Below are positions 45,540 to 54,300 of a stretch of 64,000 nt of DNA, piece by piece. Within the stretch, counting starts at the first letter, position 1. Each line of letters starts with the position of its first letter. Origin of the DNA: an uncultured Gemmatimonadaceae bacterium (GTDB taxonomy: Bacteria; Gemmatimonadota; Gemmatimonadetes; Gemmatimonadales; Gemmatimonadaceae). The stretch is taken from positions 736,001 to 800,000 of the forward strand of contig CAWHHI010000020.1 of the NCBI GenBank assembly GCA_963829055.1, given 5' to 3'. Under the pieces are notes generated by a model, which searched no databases, was not told the origin of the DNA, and was given only the letters and a program-made list of their open reading frames with translations. The position numbers were made by a program, and so were the translations under genes.

Positions 45540-45815
45540 ATGTACTTCGAGTGGGACGTCGAGAAAGCGGAGGAGAACTTCGTCAAACATGGCATCGATT
45601 TCGAGGACGCCATCCGGATTTTCGACGGGCCGACAGTCGAGGGCGAGGATGGCCGGCGAGACTACGGGGAAACCCGGATGTGGGCGATTGGCGCGTTAGG
45701 TCCTCGTCTCGTCACGGTGATCTACACCATGCGCGGCGACGTCTGCCGCATCATCTCCGCTCGAATGGCTTCGAGGCATGAGCAAAAAACGTATCGTAAG
45801 AGTCAAAGCGGGTGA
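45540..45815 (+). CDS. brnT: BrnT-family toxin
   Basis: FEWDVEKAEENFVKHGIDFEDA...DYGETR...RIISAR. Confidence 0.92.
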   Translation: MYFEWDVEKAEENFVKHGIDFEDAIRIFDGPTVEGEDGRRDYGETRMWAIGALGPRLVTVIYTMRGDVCRIISARMASRHEQKTYRKSQSG

Positions 45816-46107
45816 GCAACGCCGCGGGCGCACGGACTTCGCGCGGCTCGACCGGATGACGGATGAAGAGGCCGAGGCAGCGGCGTTATCGGATCCGGAC
45901 AATCCGCCGCTGACGGACGAATGGCTCAAGAACGCAAAGTGGGTGGAGCGCCCACCGAAGGAGGCGATCTCCATTCGCATCGACGCGGACGTGCTGGCGT
46001 GGTTCCGCGCGCAGGGGAGCGGCTATCAATCGGCGATGAACGCGGTGCTGCGGTCGTACGTCGAGCATGCCCGCGTCGCCCGTGGCCGCCGGCCATCCGG
46101 TGGATAG
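45778..46107 (+). CDS. brnA: BrnA-family antitoxin
   Basis: DPDNPPLT; KEAISIRIDADVLAWFRAQGSGYQSAMNAVLRSY. Confidence 0.92.
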   Translation: MSKKRIVRVKAGEQRRGRTDFARLDRMTDEEAEAAALSDPDNPPLTDEWLKNAKWVERPPKEAISIRIDADVLAWFRAQGSGYQSAMNAVLRSYVEHARVARGRRPSGG

Positions 46108-46495
46108 CGGCATTTCACAGCTCGGTGTCATCGCTCGTCATAGACCGGGGCATCGACATCGTACGCGCGTCGCCGACTCGGCAAGATGCCCCACCAGACG
46201 CATGCCACGATCCGCTGACGTCACCCGACCGCTGGACAGTCGAGCGACCACACACGCTCGTTGTCGCGTGCTCCGATGGGCGATTGCACGCGTGACAGCG
46301 ACAGGACAGCGGCGAGCTGATGGAACGGAGAGACGAGTGGGCGGGCCAGGCCATGGTGATGTCATATCGCTGCGACGTGCACGCCGGAGGCGAGATCACG
46401 TTCCGCGCGTTCGGCGACACCTTACCCGCGCTCACTCGATCGTGACGTACTGCTCCGAATCAACGACTCTGACCCCTTTGAAACCCCGCCACGGG

Positions 46496-47266
46496 TCATC
46501 GCACGCGCCACACGATCGACGCGACGGCATAATGAAGCCAGGCGAAGCTGTAGACCTCCGGGACGTCGGCGCCGCCTTCCAGCGTGCGATATCCAATCTG
46601 GATGCGCCACGGCCCGCCATTGTCGTAACCGAGCTTCAGCGCTGCATCCACCGCTCGACCCGGGCCGCCAGCCAGGCCGTCGACGTCGAGACCAAGGCGC
46701 CAGCGTTCAGCCACGCTCCAGTCACCCGCGACGTGCAACAGCGGAACGAAGCCGAGATCGTCCTTTCGGCTGGCAGTGGACCCCTGCTCGAGCGCGATCT
46801 GCGCGTCGCGGATCTTCCCGGTGAACCCGACCCACGCCGCGGATCGTGAGCCGGCGTGGAAGCGGTAACGGTACGAGAGCCGGTACGAGTTGAACGTGTA
46901 CTTCGCCTCGACCGGCTGTCCGGGAGCGTACGTCGCCCCGGCGAATCGGACGATCTCATCGAGCTGACCGGTCTCGGTGATCGAGAAAGGGGCGGCGAGC
47001 AGTCGAAGTCCGTGGCGCTCGGCGACGTTCCACGTCGCGTAAAGGCGGGCAGCGGGCCACGGTCCGTTGCCCGTCACGTCGACCAGAGAGAACCGCGTCG
47101 CCGAGCCGTCGTTAGGTATCTCGACGTCGTTACGCGTTTGCCAGACGGCGCCACCTTCGAGCTCGATGGCCAGCTTCGGCGACCGAGCAGCCGGCTGGGC
47201 AACGAGCTCGGCGGGTGTGAGGAGCGCGAACGCACAGACTTGGGCGAGCCAGCCGATTCTGGCCAT
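46496..47266 (-). CDS. Putative outer-membrane beta-barrel protein
   Basis: Signal peptide; amphipathic strands; GYRTLEGGAD..EVYSFAW C-terminus. Confidence 0.7.
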   Translation of the reverse strand: MARIGWLAQVCAFALLTPAELVAQPAARSPKLAIELEGGAVWQTRNDVEIPNDGSATRFSLVDVTGNGPWPAARLYATWNVAERHGLRLLAAPFSITETGQLDEIVRFAGATYAPGQPVEAKYTFNSYRLSYRYRFHAGSRSAAWVGFTGKIRDAQIALEQGSTASRKDDLGFVPLLHVAGDWSVAERWRLGLDVDGLAGGPGRAVDAALKLGYDNGGPWRIQIGYRTLEGGADVPEVYSFAWLHYAVASIVWRVR

Positions 47267-47325
47267 GGTGTTCTGCGGGTCATCTGGCTGGCAGACTGGT
47301 GTCGACGTTGTGCCGTCCATCGAGC

Positions 47326-47898
47326 CTACTTGATCGTGACGTACTGCTCCAGCCGCGCGACCTCGGTCTTGTCCACGTACTTGCCGATCTCGCGGCGGAA
47401 CCGCTCGATGTCCTTGTACGGGCGATACTCCTTGAACTCGTGCAGCATGCGGCGCCCGACACCGGGGATGAGCAGAATCTCCTCGTCGGTCGCGGTGTTC
47501 AGATCGATGGGCTTCCACACCTTCCCGTAGATCGCCTTTCGCGCTGTCGAGTCCGGAGCGTGGGTGAGGAGCACCTTGTTCACGTCACGCATGTCGCCGT
47601 ACGGCCGGCCGGCGATGATCGCGTCGACCACGTGGCCCGGCATGCCGGGAACGGCGGCGAGCTGCTCGCGCGTCGCGGTGTTCGGATCGAGCAGCCCACC
47701 CTGCGCGGCGGCCTCACCGCCGGAAGCGACCGCCGTCGTGTCGGACCTGGCCGCACCGACGGTGGGTGTGGCGGCCGAGTCGGCAACGACGACGCTGTCG
47801 GTCGCGCGATCGGTGGAGCCGCCGCAGCCGGCACCGGCGAGGAACATCAGGGGGAGCGCGATGGCGCGCGCGGCGGCGGGAATACGGGCAGCGATCAT
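47326..47898 (-). CDS. Lipoprotein with two helix-hairpin-helix (ComEA-like) domains
   Basis: Lipobox AGAGC; LDPNTATREQLAAVPGM and IDLNTATDEEILLIPGVG; GGAGG RBS. Confidence 0.8.
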   Translation of the reverse strand: MIAARIPAAARAIALPLMFLAGAGCGGSTDRATDSVVVADSAATPTVGAARSDTTAVASGGEAAAQGGLLDPNTATREQLAAVPGMPGHVVDAIIAGRPYGDMRDVNKVLLTHAPDSTARKAIYGKVWKPIDLNTATDEEILLIPGVGRRMLHEFKEYRPYKDIERFRREIGKYVDKTEVARLEQYVTIK

Positions 47899-48356
47899 GA
47901 TTCCTCCGACAATGAGGTGATGGGCGCGCGGAACGCGGGGTGACGGAACGCGTACGCGAGCCCGAGGAGGCCGAGCTGGGACAGCGCACCCGGGGCGAGC
48001 GCTGGCGTCGCGCCGCGGATGGCCTCCCAGAAGAGATGGAGCCCGTGCAGCGACCCGTCGCGCTCGAGCTCGAACTCCACGTTGCCCCGGTAGTGCAGGT
48101 AGACGCCGATGACACCTGTCACGACGCAGAGCGCCATGACCCCCTGGAAGAAGCGGACCGTGCCGGGTCCGCGCCGGACGTAGACGGCTCCCGTCGCGCC
48201 GAGGACCACGACGAGGAGCGCGAGCGGGATCCACTGCGTGACCGAGTCGAAGTGCTCGAGCAGTCCAAGCTCGACGAGGAGCCCGGCCGCGCCAAGGAAG
48301 ACCAGGGCGAGCAGCATTTGTCGCAGCGGACCGTCGTGAGCCGCGTTCACTCCCAT
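47895..48356 (-). CDS. Hypothetical membrane protein (about 4 TM)
   Basis: ELGLLEHF...QWIP...HYRGNVEFE...GATPALAPG; ATGA overlap with the HhH gene. Confidence 0.7.
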   Translation of the reverse strand: MGVNAAHDGPLRQMLLALVFLGAAGLLVELGLLEHFDSVTQWIPLALLVVVLGATGAVYVRRGPGTVRFFQGVMALCVVTGVIGVYLHYRGNVEFELERDGSLHGLHLFWEAIRGATPALAPGALSQLGLLGLAYAFRHPAFRAPITSLSEES

Positions 48357-48588
48357 GGTCGCAGTATATCGCCTCATCCTAGGTCCAATGGTACCGGGCC
48401 AACCGCCGATGAGATGTTGAATAGCTGTCGGAGGTGTCGGGCGTTCCCCGACGCATCACCCGTAGGTTCCGCGACTGACGACGCCGCCAGGATCATCGAC
48501 CGTGCCGTCACGGATCTGACGGGTTGGCGCGCGCGCCGAGTCTTCTCTCGTCGCGCCCTGTCGCTGGCCCGTACCGCCAGGAGAGGAG

Positions 48589-50859
48589 ATGACTCTGCCC
48601 GAGCCGACGTCCACGCGCCCCGAGCACGCGCGCTACGAGCCGCCCGTTCTCCAGCCGAAGCCTGCCGGGCCCGGCCCCCTGCTCGACTCGTTCAGCTACG
48701 ACGACGACATCGTCCGCAAGTTCCTCACGGCGACGTTCGTCTGGGGACTCGTCGGCATGCTCGTCGGACTGGTGGTCGCGCTGCAGCTCGCGAACCCGGT
48801 GTTCAACGTTGGCCCGTGGTTCACGTTCGGCCGCCTCCGCCCGCTGCACACGAACGCCGTGATCTTCGCGTTCGCCGGCAACGCGTTCTTCACCGGCGCG
48901 TACTACTCCACGCAGCGCCTGCTCAGGGCCCGGATGTTCTCCGACGGCCTGAGCCGGTTTCATTTCTGGGGCTGGCAGGCGATCATCGTCGCGGCCGCGA
49001 TCACGCTCCCGTTAGGCTTCACGCAGGCCAAGGAGTACGCGGAGCTCGAGTGGCCGATCGACATCGCGATCGCCGTCGTGTGGGTCGCGTTCGCGGTCAA
49101 CTTCTTCGGCACGATCGCCCGACGGCGCGAGCGACATCTCTACGTCGCGATCTGGTTCTACATCGCCAGCATCATCACGGTCGCGATCCTCCACATCTTC
49201 AACAACCTCTCCATCCCCGCGGGCGGGTTCAAGAGCTACTCGATCTACGCCGGCGTGCAGGACGCGTTCATGCAGTGGTGGTACGGGCATAACGCGGTGG
49301 CGTTCTTCCTCACGACGCCATTCCTCGGGCTCATGTACTACTTCCTGCCCAAGGCGGCGGAGCGTCCGGTCTTCAGCTACAAGCTGTCGATCCTGCATTT
49401 CTGGACGATCGTCTTCATGTACATCTGGGCGGGGCCGCACCACCTGCACTACACGGCCCTGCCGGAATGGGCATCCACGTTAGGCATGCTGTTCTCCGTC
49501 ATGCTGTGGATGCCGTCCTGGGGCGGGATGGTGAACGGCCTCCTCACGCTGCGCGGCGCCTGGCACAAGGTGATCGAGGAGCCGGTGCTCAAGTTCTTCG
49601 TCGTCGCCATCACGGCCTATGGCATGGCGACGTTCGAGGGGCCCATGCTGTCGATCAAGAGCGTCAACGGGCTCGCGCATTACACCGACTGGATCATCGC
49701 CCACGTGCACACGGGCGCGTTAGGCTGGAACGGGTTCCTCACGTTCGGCATGATCTACTGGCTCTTGCCGCGACTGTTCCAGACGCAGCTCTACAGCAAG
49801 AAGCTCGCGGAGATGCACTTCTGGGTCGCCACGTTCGGCATCCTGCTGTACGTCGTCGCGATCTACTCCGCGGGCGTCACGCAGGGACTCATGTGGCGCG
49901 CGTTCGACGAGACCGGCCGGCTCGCCTACCCCGATTTCGTCGAGACGGTCATGAAGCTCATGCCGATGTACTGGATGCGCGCCGTGGGCGGGTCGCTCTA
50001 CCTCGTCGGCATGGTGCTGTTCGGCTACAACATCCTGATGACGTGGCGTCGCCGGCCGGCGACGTACGACGTGCCGGTCATCCAGGCACCGCGCCTGGCA
50101 CCGGAGTACGTCCCGACGCCGGGACACGGCGCGCCAGTACCGGCGAGCAGCAGCGGCTGGGCGCGATTCGTCGCCATGGATTGGCACCGCGCCTGGGAGC
50201 GGCTGCCGGTGACCTTCAGCGTCCTGACCGCGGTCGCGGTGGTCGTCGCCTCGCTGTTCGAGATTCTGCCCACGTTTCTCATCCGATCGAACGTGCCGAC
50301 CATCGCGTCGGTGAAGCCGTACACGCCACTCGAGCTCGCGGGGCGCGACGTCTACATCGCCGAGGGCTGCTTCAACTGCCACTCGCAGATGATCCGGCCG
50401 TTCCGACACGAGACCGAGCGCTACGGCGAGTACTCGAAGCCCGGCGAGTTCGTGTACGACCATCCGTTCCTCTGGGGCTCACGCCGCATCGGGCCTGACC
50501 TCGCGCGCGAGGGCGGCAAGTACCCGAACCTCTGGCATGTGCGCCACATGGAGGAGCCGCGCGCCATCACCCAGAAGTCGATCATGCCGGCCTATCCGAA
50601 CCTGCTGAGCACACCACTCGACTTCGCCGGGATCCAGCGCCGCGTAGACGTGATGGCAATGCTCGGCGTGCCGTACGGCGACGCCGTGAACCGCGCGCCA
50701 CAGATGGCGCGTGCCCAAGCCGACTCGATCGCCCGGGCCATCGAAGGCGAGGGCGGGCCGAAGGGACTCCAGGACAAGCAGATCGTCGCGCTCGTCGCGT
50801 ACCTCCAGCGACTCGGACGCGACATCAAGGCGCCGCAGGTGGCGAGGAGCACGCCATGA
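48589..50859 (+). CDS. ccoNO: cbb3-type cytochrome c oxidase, fused subunits I/II
   Basis: RLRPLHTNAVIFAF, QWWYGHNAV, WAGPHHLHY, AHVH; CFNCHSQMIRP and WGSRRIGPDL. Confidence 0.97.
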   Translation: MTLPEPTSTRPEHARYEPPVLQPKPAGPGPLLDSFSYDDDIVRKFLTATFVWGLVGMLVGLVVALQLANPVFNVGPWFTFGRLRPLHTNAVIFAFAGNAFFTGAYYSTQRLLRARMFSDGLSRFHFWGWQAIIVAAAITLPLGFTQAKEYAELEWPIDIAIAVVWVAFAVNFFGTIARRRERHLYVAIWFYIASIITVAILHIFNNLSIPAGGFKSYSIYAGVQDAFMQWWYGHNAVAFFLTTPFLGLMYYFLPKAAERPVFSYKLSILHFWTIVFMYIWAGPHHLHYTALPEWASTLGMLFSVMLWMPSWGGMVNGLLTLRGAWHKVIEEPVLKFFVVAITAYGMATFEGPMLSIKSVNGLAHYTDWIIAHVHTGALGWNGFLTFGMIYWLLPRLFQTQLYSKKLAEMHFWVATFGILLYVVAIYSAGVTQGLMWRAFDETGRLAYPDFVETVMKLMPMYWMRAVGGSLYLVGMVLFGYNILMTWRRRPATYDVPVIQAPRLAPEYVPTPGHGAPVPASSSGWARFVAMDWHRAWERLPVTFSVLTAVAVVVASLFEILPTFLIRSNVPTIASVKPYTPLELAGRDVYIAEGCFNCHSQMIRPFRHETERYGEYSKPGEFVYDHPFLWGSRRIGPDLAREGGKYPNLWHVRHMEEPRAITQKSIMPAYPNLLSTPLDFAGIQRRVDVMAMLGVPYGDAVNRAPQMARAQADSIARAIEGEGGPKGLQDKQIVALVAYLQRLGRDIKAPQVARSTP

Positions 50860-51029
50860 AGAGCCTCACCAATGTCGTGAGCGGCGCAGGACTCTCCGGC
50901 TACGCCGAGATCGCGCTCGTGATCTTTCTCATCGCGTTCATTGGCGTCGTGATCTCGCTCTTCGCGCCGAGCAAACGGGTCACGTACGAGCGCATGCGCC
51001 ACCTACCGATGGATGACACCGATGCCTAA
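50856..51029 (+). CDS. ccoQ: cbb3 oxidase small subunit (57 aa)
   Basis: MKSLTNVVSGAGLSGYAEIALVIFLIAFIGVVISLF...MRHLPMDD; ATGA overlap; too short for the ORF track. Confidence 0.85.
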   Translation: MKSLTNVVSGAGLSGYAEIALVIFLIAFIGVVISLFAPSKRVTYERMRHLPMDDTDA

Positions 51030-51597
51030 CAAGGACCAGCAGGACCACCTGCTCGAGCACAGCTACGACGGCATCGAGGAGTTCGACAACCCCATGCCGC
51101 GGTGGTGGGTGTACATCTTCTGGGCGACCATCGTGTTCTCGGTGCTGTACTTCCTGAACGTCCCGGGCGTCGGCATCGGCAAGGGTCGGATCTCCGACTA
51201 CGACCGCGCCATGGCCGCCGCCGCGGCGGTCGACGCCAAACGCCGTGCCGCCGAGCCGGCCGGATCATCCCCGGAGCAGCTCGCGGCCATGACGAAGGAC
51301 GCGTCGGTCCTGGCGTTAGGCAAACAGACCTTCAGCCAGAACTGCGCGGCCTGCCACCGCGGCGACGCCGGCGGACAGATCGGCCCGAACCTCACCGACG
51401 ACTACTGGCTCCACGGCGACGGCCTCGCGCAGATCCACAAGAGCGTGGCTGACGGCGTGCTCGAGAAGGGGATGCCGCCGTGGGGCAAGGTGCTCAAGCC
51501 GGCGCAGCTCGACGCCGTGGTCGCATACGTGTTCACGCTTCACGGAACGAATCCACCCAACCCGAAAGCTCCCCAGGGCGAGATGGTACCGCGGTGA
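51022..51597 (+). CDS. ccoP: cbb3 oxidase subunit III (monoheme)
   Basis: HSYDGIEEFDNPMPRWW; single CAACH; GPNLTDDYW; GMPPW. Confidence 0.93.
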   Translation: MPNKDQQDHLLEHSYDGIEEFDNPMPRWWVYIFWATIVFSVLYFLNVPGVGIGKGRISDYDRAMAAAAAVDAKRRAAEPAGSSPEQLAAMTKDASVLALGKQTFSQNCAACHRGDAGGQIGPNLTDDYWLHGDGLAQIHKSVADGVLEKGMPPWGKVLKPAQLDAVVAYVFTLHGTNPPNPKAPQGEMVPR

Positions 51598-52976
51598 GTG
51601 CTCCTGTTGCCATCGGTCGAGTCCTTCCGACACTGAACGAGGACGGATCGCGACGCTGGATCCGTCCCAAGCCCTCGCACGGTGCCTACGCGAAGGCACG
51701 ACGCGTGGTGGCGTACAGCCTCATGCTCGTGTTCTTCCTCATCCCGCACCTTCGCATGCGGGGCAAGCCGCTCATCCTGCTCGATCTGCCTCGCCGACAC
51801 TTCACACTCTTCGGCACCACGTTCCTTCCGACGGACACGCTGCTGCTGATGCTCCTGCTCGCGAGCGTCATCATCGGGATCTTCCTGCTCACGGCGCTGT
51901 TCGGACGAGTGTGGTGCGGGTGGACGTGCCCGCAGACGGTCTACATGGAGTTTCTCTTCCGACCGATCGAGCGATGGGTCGAAGGCGGCCGGAGCGGATC
52001 GTTAGGCCTCGACAAGGCGAACCGGCACTTTCACCCACGGCGTCTCCTCAAGTACGTGATCTACGCCGTGCTCTCGGTGTTCCTGGCGCACACCTTTCTC
52101 GCGTATTTCGTCGGAACGGAGGCGCTCTCGGAGTGGATGCGGCGCTCGCCGGCCGAGCATCCCACGTCGTTCCTCATCATGGCGGGGACGGCGCTCGCGA
52201 TATTCGGGGACTTCGCCTACTTCCGCGAGCAGACCTGCCTCGTCGCCTGCCCGTACGGGCGGATGCAGTCGGTGCTGCTCGACCGGCAGTCGCTGATCGT
52301 CGCGTATGACCCGACACGCGGCGAGCCGCGAATGAAGGGCAAGGTCCGGCCGGCCGGCGCGGGCGACTGCATCGACTGCGGCGCCTGCGTGCAGACGTGT
52401 CCCACCGGCATCGACATCCGCGACGGCCTGCAGATGGAGTGCATTCACTGCACCCAGTGCGCGGATGCGTGCGACGACATCATGGAGCGTGTCGGCAAGC
52501 CGAAGGGACTGATTCGCTACTCGTCCCGCGAGTTGCTGGAGGGACACAAGCGGCATCTCATCAGGCCTCGCACCGTGCTCTACCCACTCGCATTCGCCGG
52601 GTTTCTCGGCGCGTTCACGTATGCGCTCGCGACGCGCGACGCGGCGGATGTCACCGTGTTAGGCGGTCAGGGCGAGCCATTCACGCAGCAGGCGGACGGC
52701 CGCATCGCCAACCAGGTGCGCGTGAAGATCACGAACCGCACGGATGCCGATCACGACTACCGAATCGAGGTCGTCGGGGCGAGCGAGGGGTCAGTGGTCG
52801 TGCCGCAGAATCCGTTGCACGTGGCGACGGGGCAGTCGGCGGTAACGCCACTGTTCGTCCTGCTCCCGCGATCGGCGTTCGAGCGCGGCGAGCATCGCGT
52901 CACCGTGCGAGTGAGCGACGGGGCGGGCTTCTCGACGGACACTCCGTATCGTCTCGTCGGCCCCGAATCGCGATGA
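51594..52976 (+). CDS. ccoG: cbb3 accessory 4Fe-4S protein
   Basis: GRVWCGWTCPQT, CPYGRMQ, CIDCGACVQTCPTGIDIR, CIHCTQCADAC. Confidence 0.95.
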   Translation: MSAPVAIGRVLPTLNEDGSRRWIRPKPSHGAYAKARRVVAYSLMLVFFLIPHLRMRGKPLILLDLPRRHFTLFGTTFLPTDTLLLMLLLASVIIGIFLLTALFGRVWCGWTCPQTVYMEFLFRPIERWVEGGRSGSLGLDKANRHFHPRRLLKYVIYAVLSVFLAHTFLAYFVGTEALSEWMRRSPAEHPTSFLIMAGTALAIFGDFAYFREQTCLVACPYGRMQSVLLDRQSLIVAYDPTRGEPRMKGKVRPAGAGDCIDCGACVQTCPTGIDIRDGLQMECIHCTQCADACDDIMERVGKPKGLIRYSSRELLEGHKRHLIRPRTVLYPLAFAGFLGAFTYALATRDAADVTVLGGQGEPFTQQADGRIANQVRVKITNRTDADHDYRIEVVGASEGSVVVPQNPLHVATGQSAVTPLFVLLPRSAFERGEHRVTVRVSDGAGFSTDTPYRLVGPESR

Positions 52977-53468
52977 AGCGCGGTATGTGGTGGCCGATCG
53001 GGCTCGCCGGCGTGCTCGCCGCCACCGTGGCCGCGAACATTCTGGGTCGCGGTGATCGCGAACGACGATCCGTCGTTCGCGATCGAGCCCGATTACTACA
53101 GGAAGGCGGTGGCGTGGGATACGACGCTCGCGCAGGCGCGGCACAACGCGTTGCTGGGCTGGCGCCTGACGCCGGCGATGAGCGCGATCGCGTCTGACGG
53201 TAGCTCGCTGCTGTCGGCGCGACTCACGGACTCTACTGGTTCGGCAATCTCTGGTGCGGTGATACGCGTGAGCGCGTTGGCCGTCGCGCGGGCGTCGGAC
53301 GTGCACGACATGACGCTCACGCCGTCGGCTGGCACCGGGAACTACGCGGTGCGCTTCGATGCGCGTCGTGCGGGAGAATGGGAGTTGCGCTTCGACGCGA
53401 CGCTCGGAGCCGAGCATTTCACGCAGGTGAGCCGCGTCGAGGCGTTCGCGACGGGGGCGGGCCAGTGA
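52973..53468 (+). CDS. ccoH: FixH-family protein; frameshift near 53041
   Basis: MKRGMWWPIGL...DPSFAIEPDYYRKAVAWD...GEWELRF. Confidence 0.85.
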
Positions 53469-53475
53469 AACTCCT

Positions 53476-53578
53476 GTCATCCCGAGCGCAGCGAGGGACC
53501 TGCTGTGAAGTCATCGTGGCCAGGCTAGCCACAATGACGTTCGAGCAGGTCCCTCGTCGCTGCGCTCCTCGGGATGAC
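53476..53578. repeat. REP-like palindromic repeat, GTCATCCCGAGC family, inside the cco operon
   Basis: gtcatcccgagcgcagcgagggacctgct...agcaggtccctcg...ctcgggatgac; relatives at 20116-20150 and 63278-63360. Confidence 0.85.
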
Positions 53579-53583
53579 TTGCG

Positions 53584-54300
53584 ATGACGCTCCTCCTCGC
53601 CGTCCTCGGCGCGAGCCTGCTCGGCAGTGTGCACTGCGCCGCGATGTGCGGCGGATTCGTGTGCCTGTACTCCGGGCTACGCAGAGAGGCGAGTCCGCGG
53701 CGCGAGGTGGCGCCGCACGTCGCCTACAACGCGGGACGCCTCGTGTCGTACCTGCTGCTTGGCGTGATTGCCGGCTCGGTGGGCGGCAGCATCGACCAGG
53801 TCGGTGCGCTCGCCAGCGTCGGGCGGCTGGCCGCGATCGTCTCCGGCAGCCTGATGGCCGTGTGGGGCGCGACGACGCTGCTCGCCGCGTTAGGCGTGCG
53901 CGTGCCGCAGCCTGGCGTGCCGCGCGCCCTCCAGACCACGCTCGGCGCCGCACTCCTGCGGATGCGCCGCCAATCGCCGACGGTTCGCGGCGCCGCGACG
54001 GGACTGCTCACCACCCTGTTGCCGTGCGGCTGGCTCTACGTGTTCGTCGCCACGGCGGCCGGCACCGGGCGCGTGCCTGACGCGGTGCTCGTGATGCTGT
54101 TCTTCTGGCTCGGCACGCTGCCGATGATGGCGGCCGTGGGCGCTGGCGCGCAGCGGATGTTCGGCGCCTTCCAGCGACGCCTGCCGCTCGTGAGTGCCGG
54201 CGCGGCCGTCGTGCTTGGCCTGCTGTCGATGGCGGGCAAGATCGCCGTCCGACCAGCCGAGCACGCACACGTGCAGCGCGTCGTGCAGGCTGATCGATGA
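53584..54300 (+). CDS. DsbD_2/TauE-like cbb3 maturation membrane protein
   Basis: LLGSVHCAAMCGG, YNAGRLVSY, LLPCGWLY, FWLGTLP. Confidence 0.9.
   Translation: MTLLLAVLGASLLGSVHCAAMCGGFVCLYSGLRREASPRREVAPHVAYNAGRLVSYLLLGVIAGSVGGSIDQVGALASVGRLAAIVSGSLMAVWGATTLLAALGVRVPQPGVPRALQTTLGAALLRMRRQSPTVRGAATGLLTTLLPCGWLYVFVATAAGTGRVPDAVLVMLFFWLGTLPMMAAVGAGAQRMFGAFQRRLPLVSAGAAVVLGLLSMAGKIAVRPAEHAHVQRVVQADR

Noticed and set aside
48400..48588. FNR/FixK box upstream of ccoN
   Set aside because: No TTGAT-N4-ATCAA match seen.
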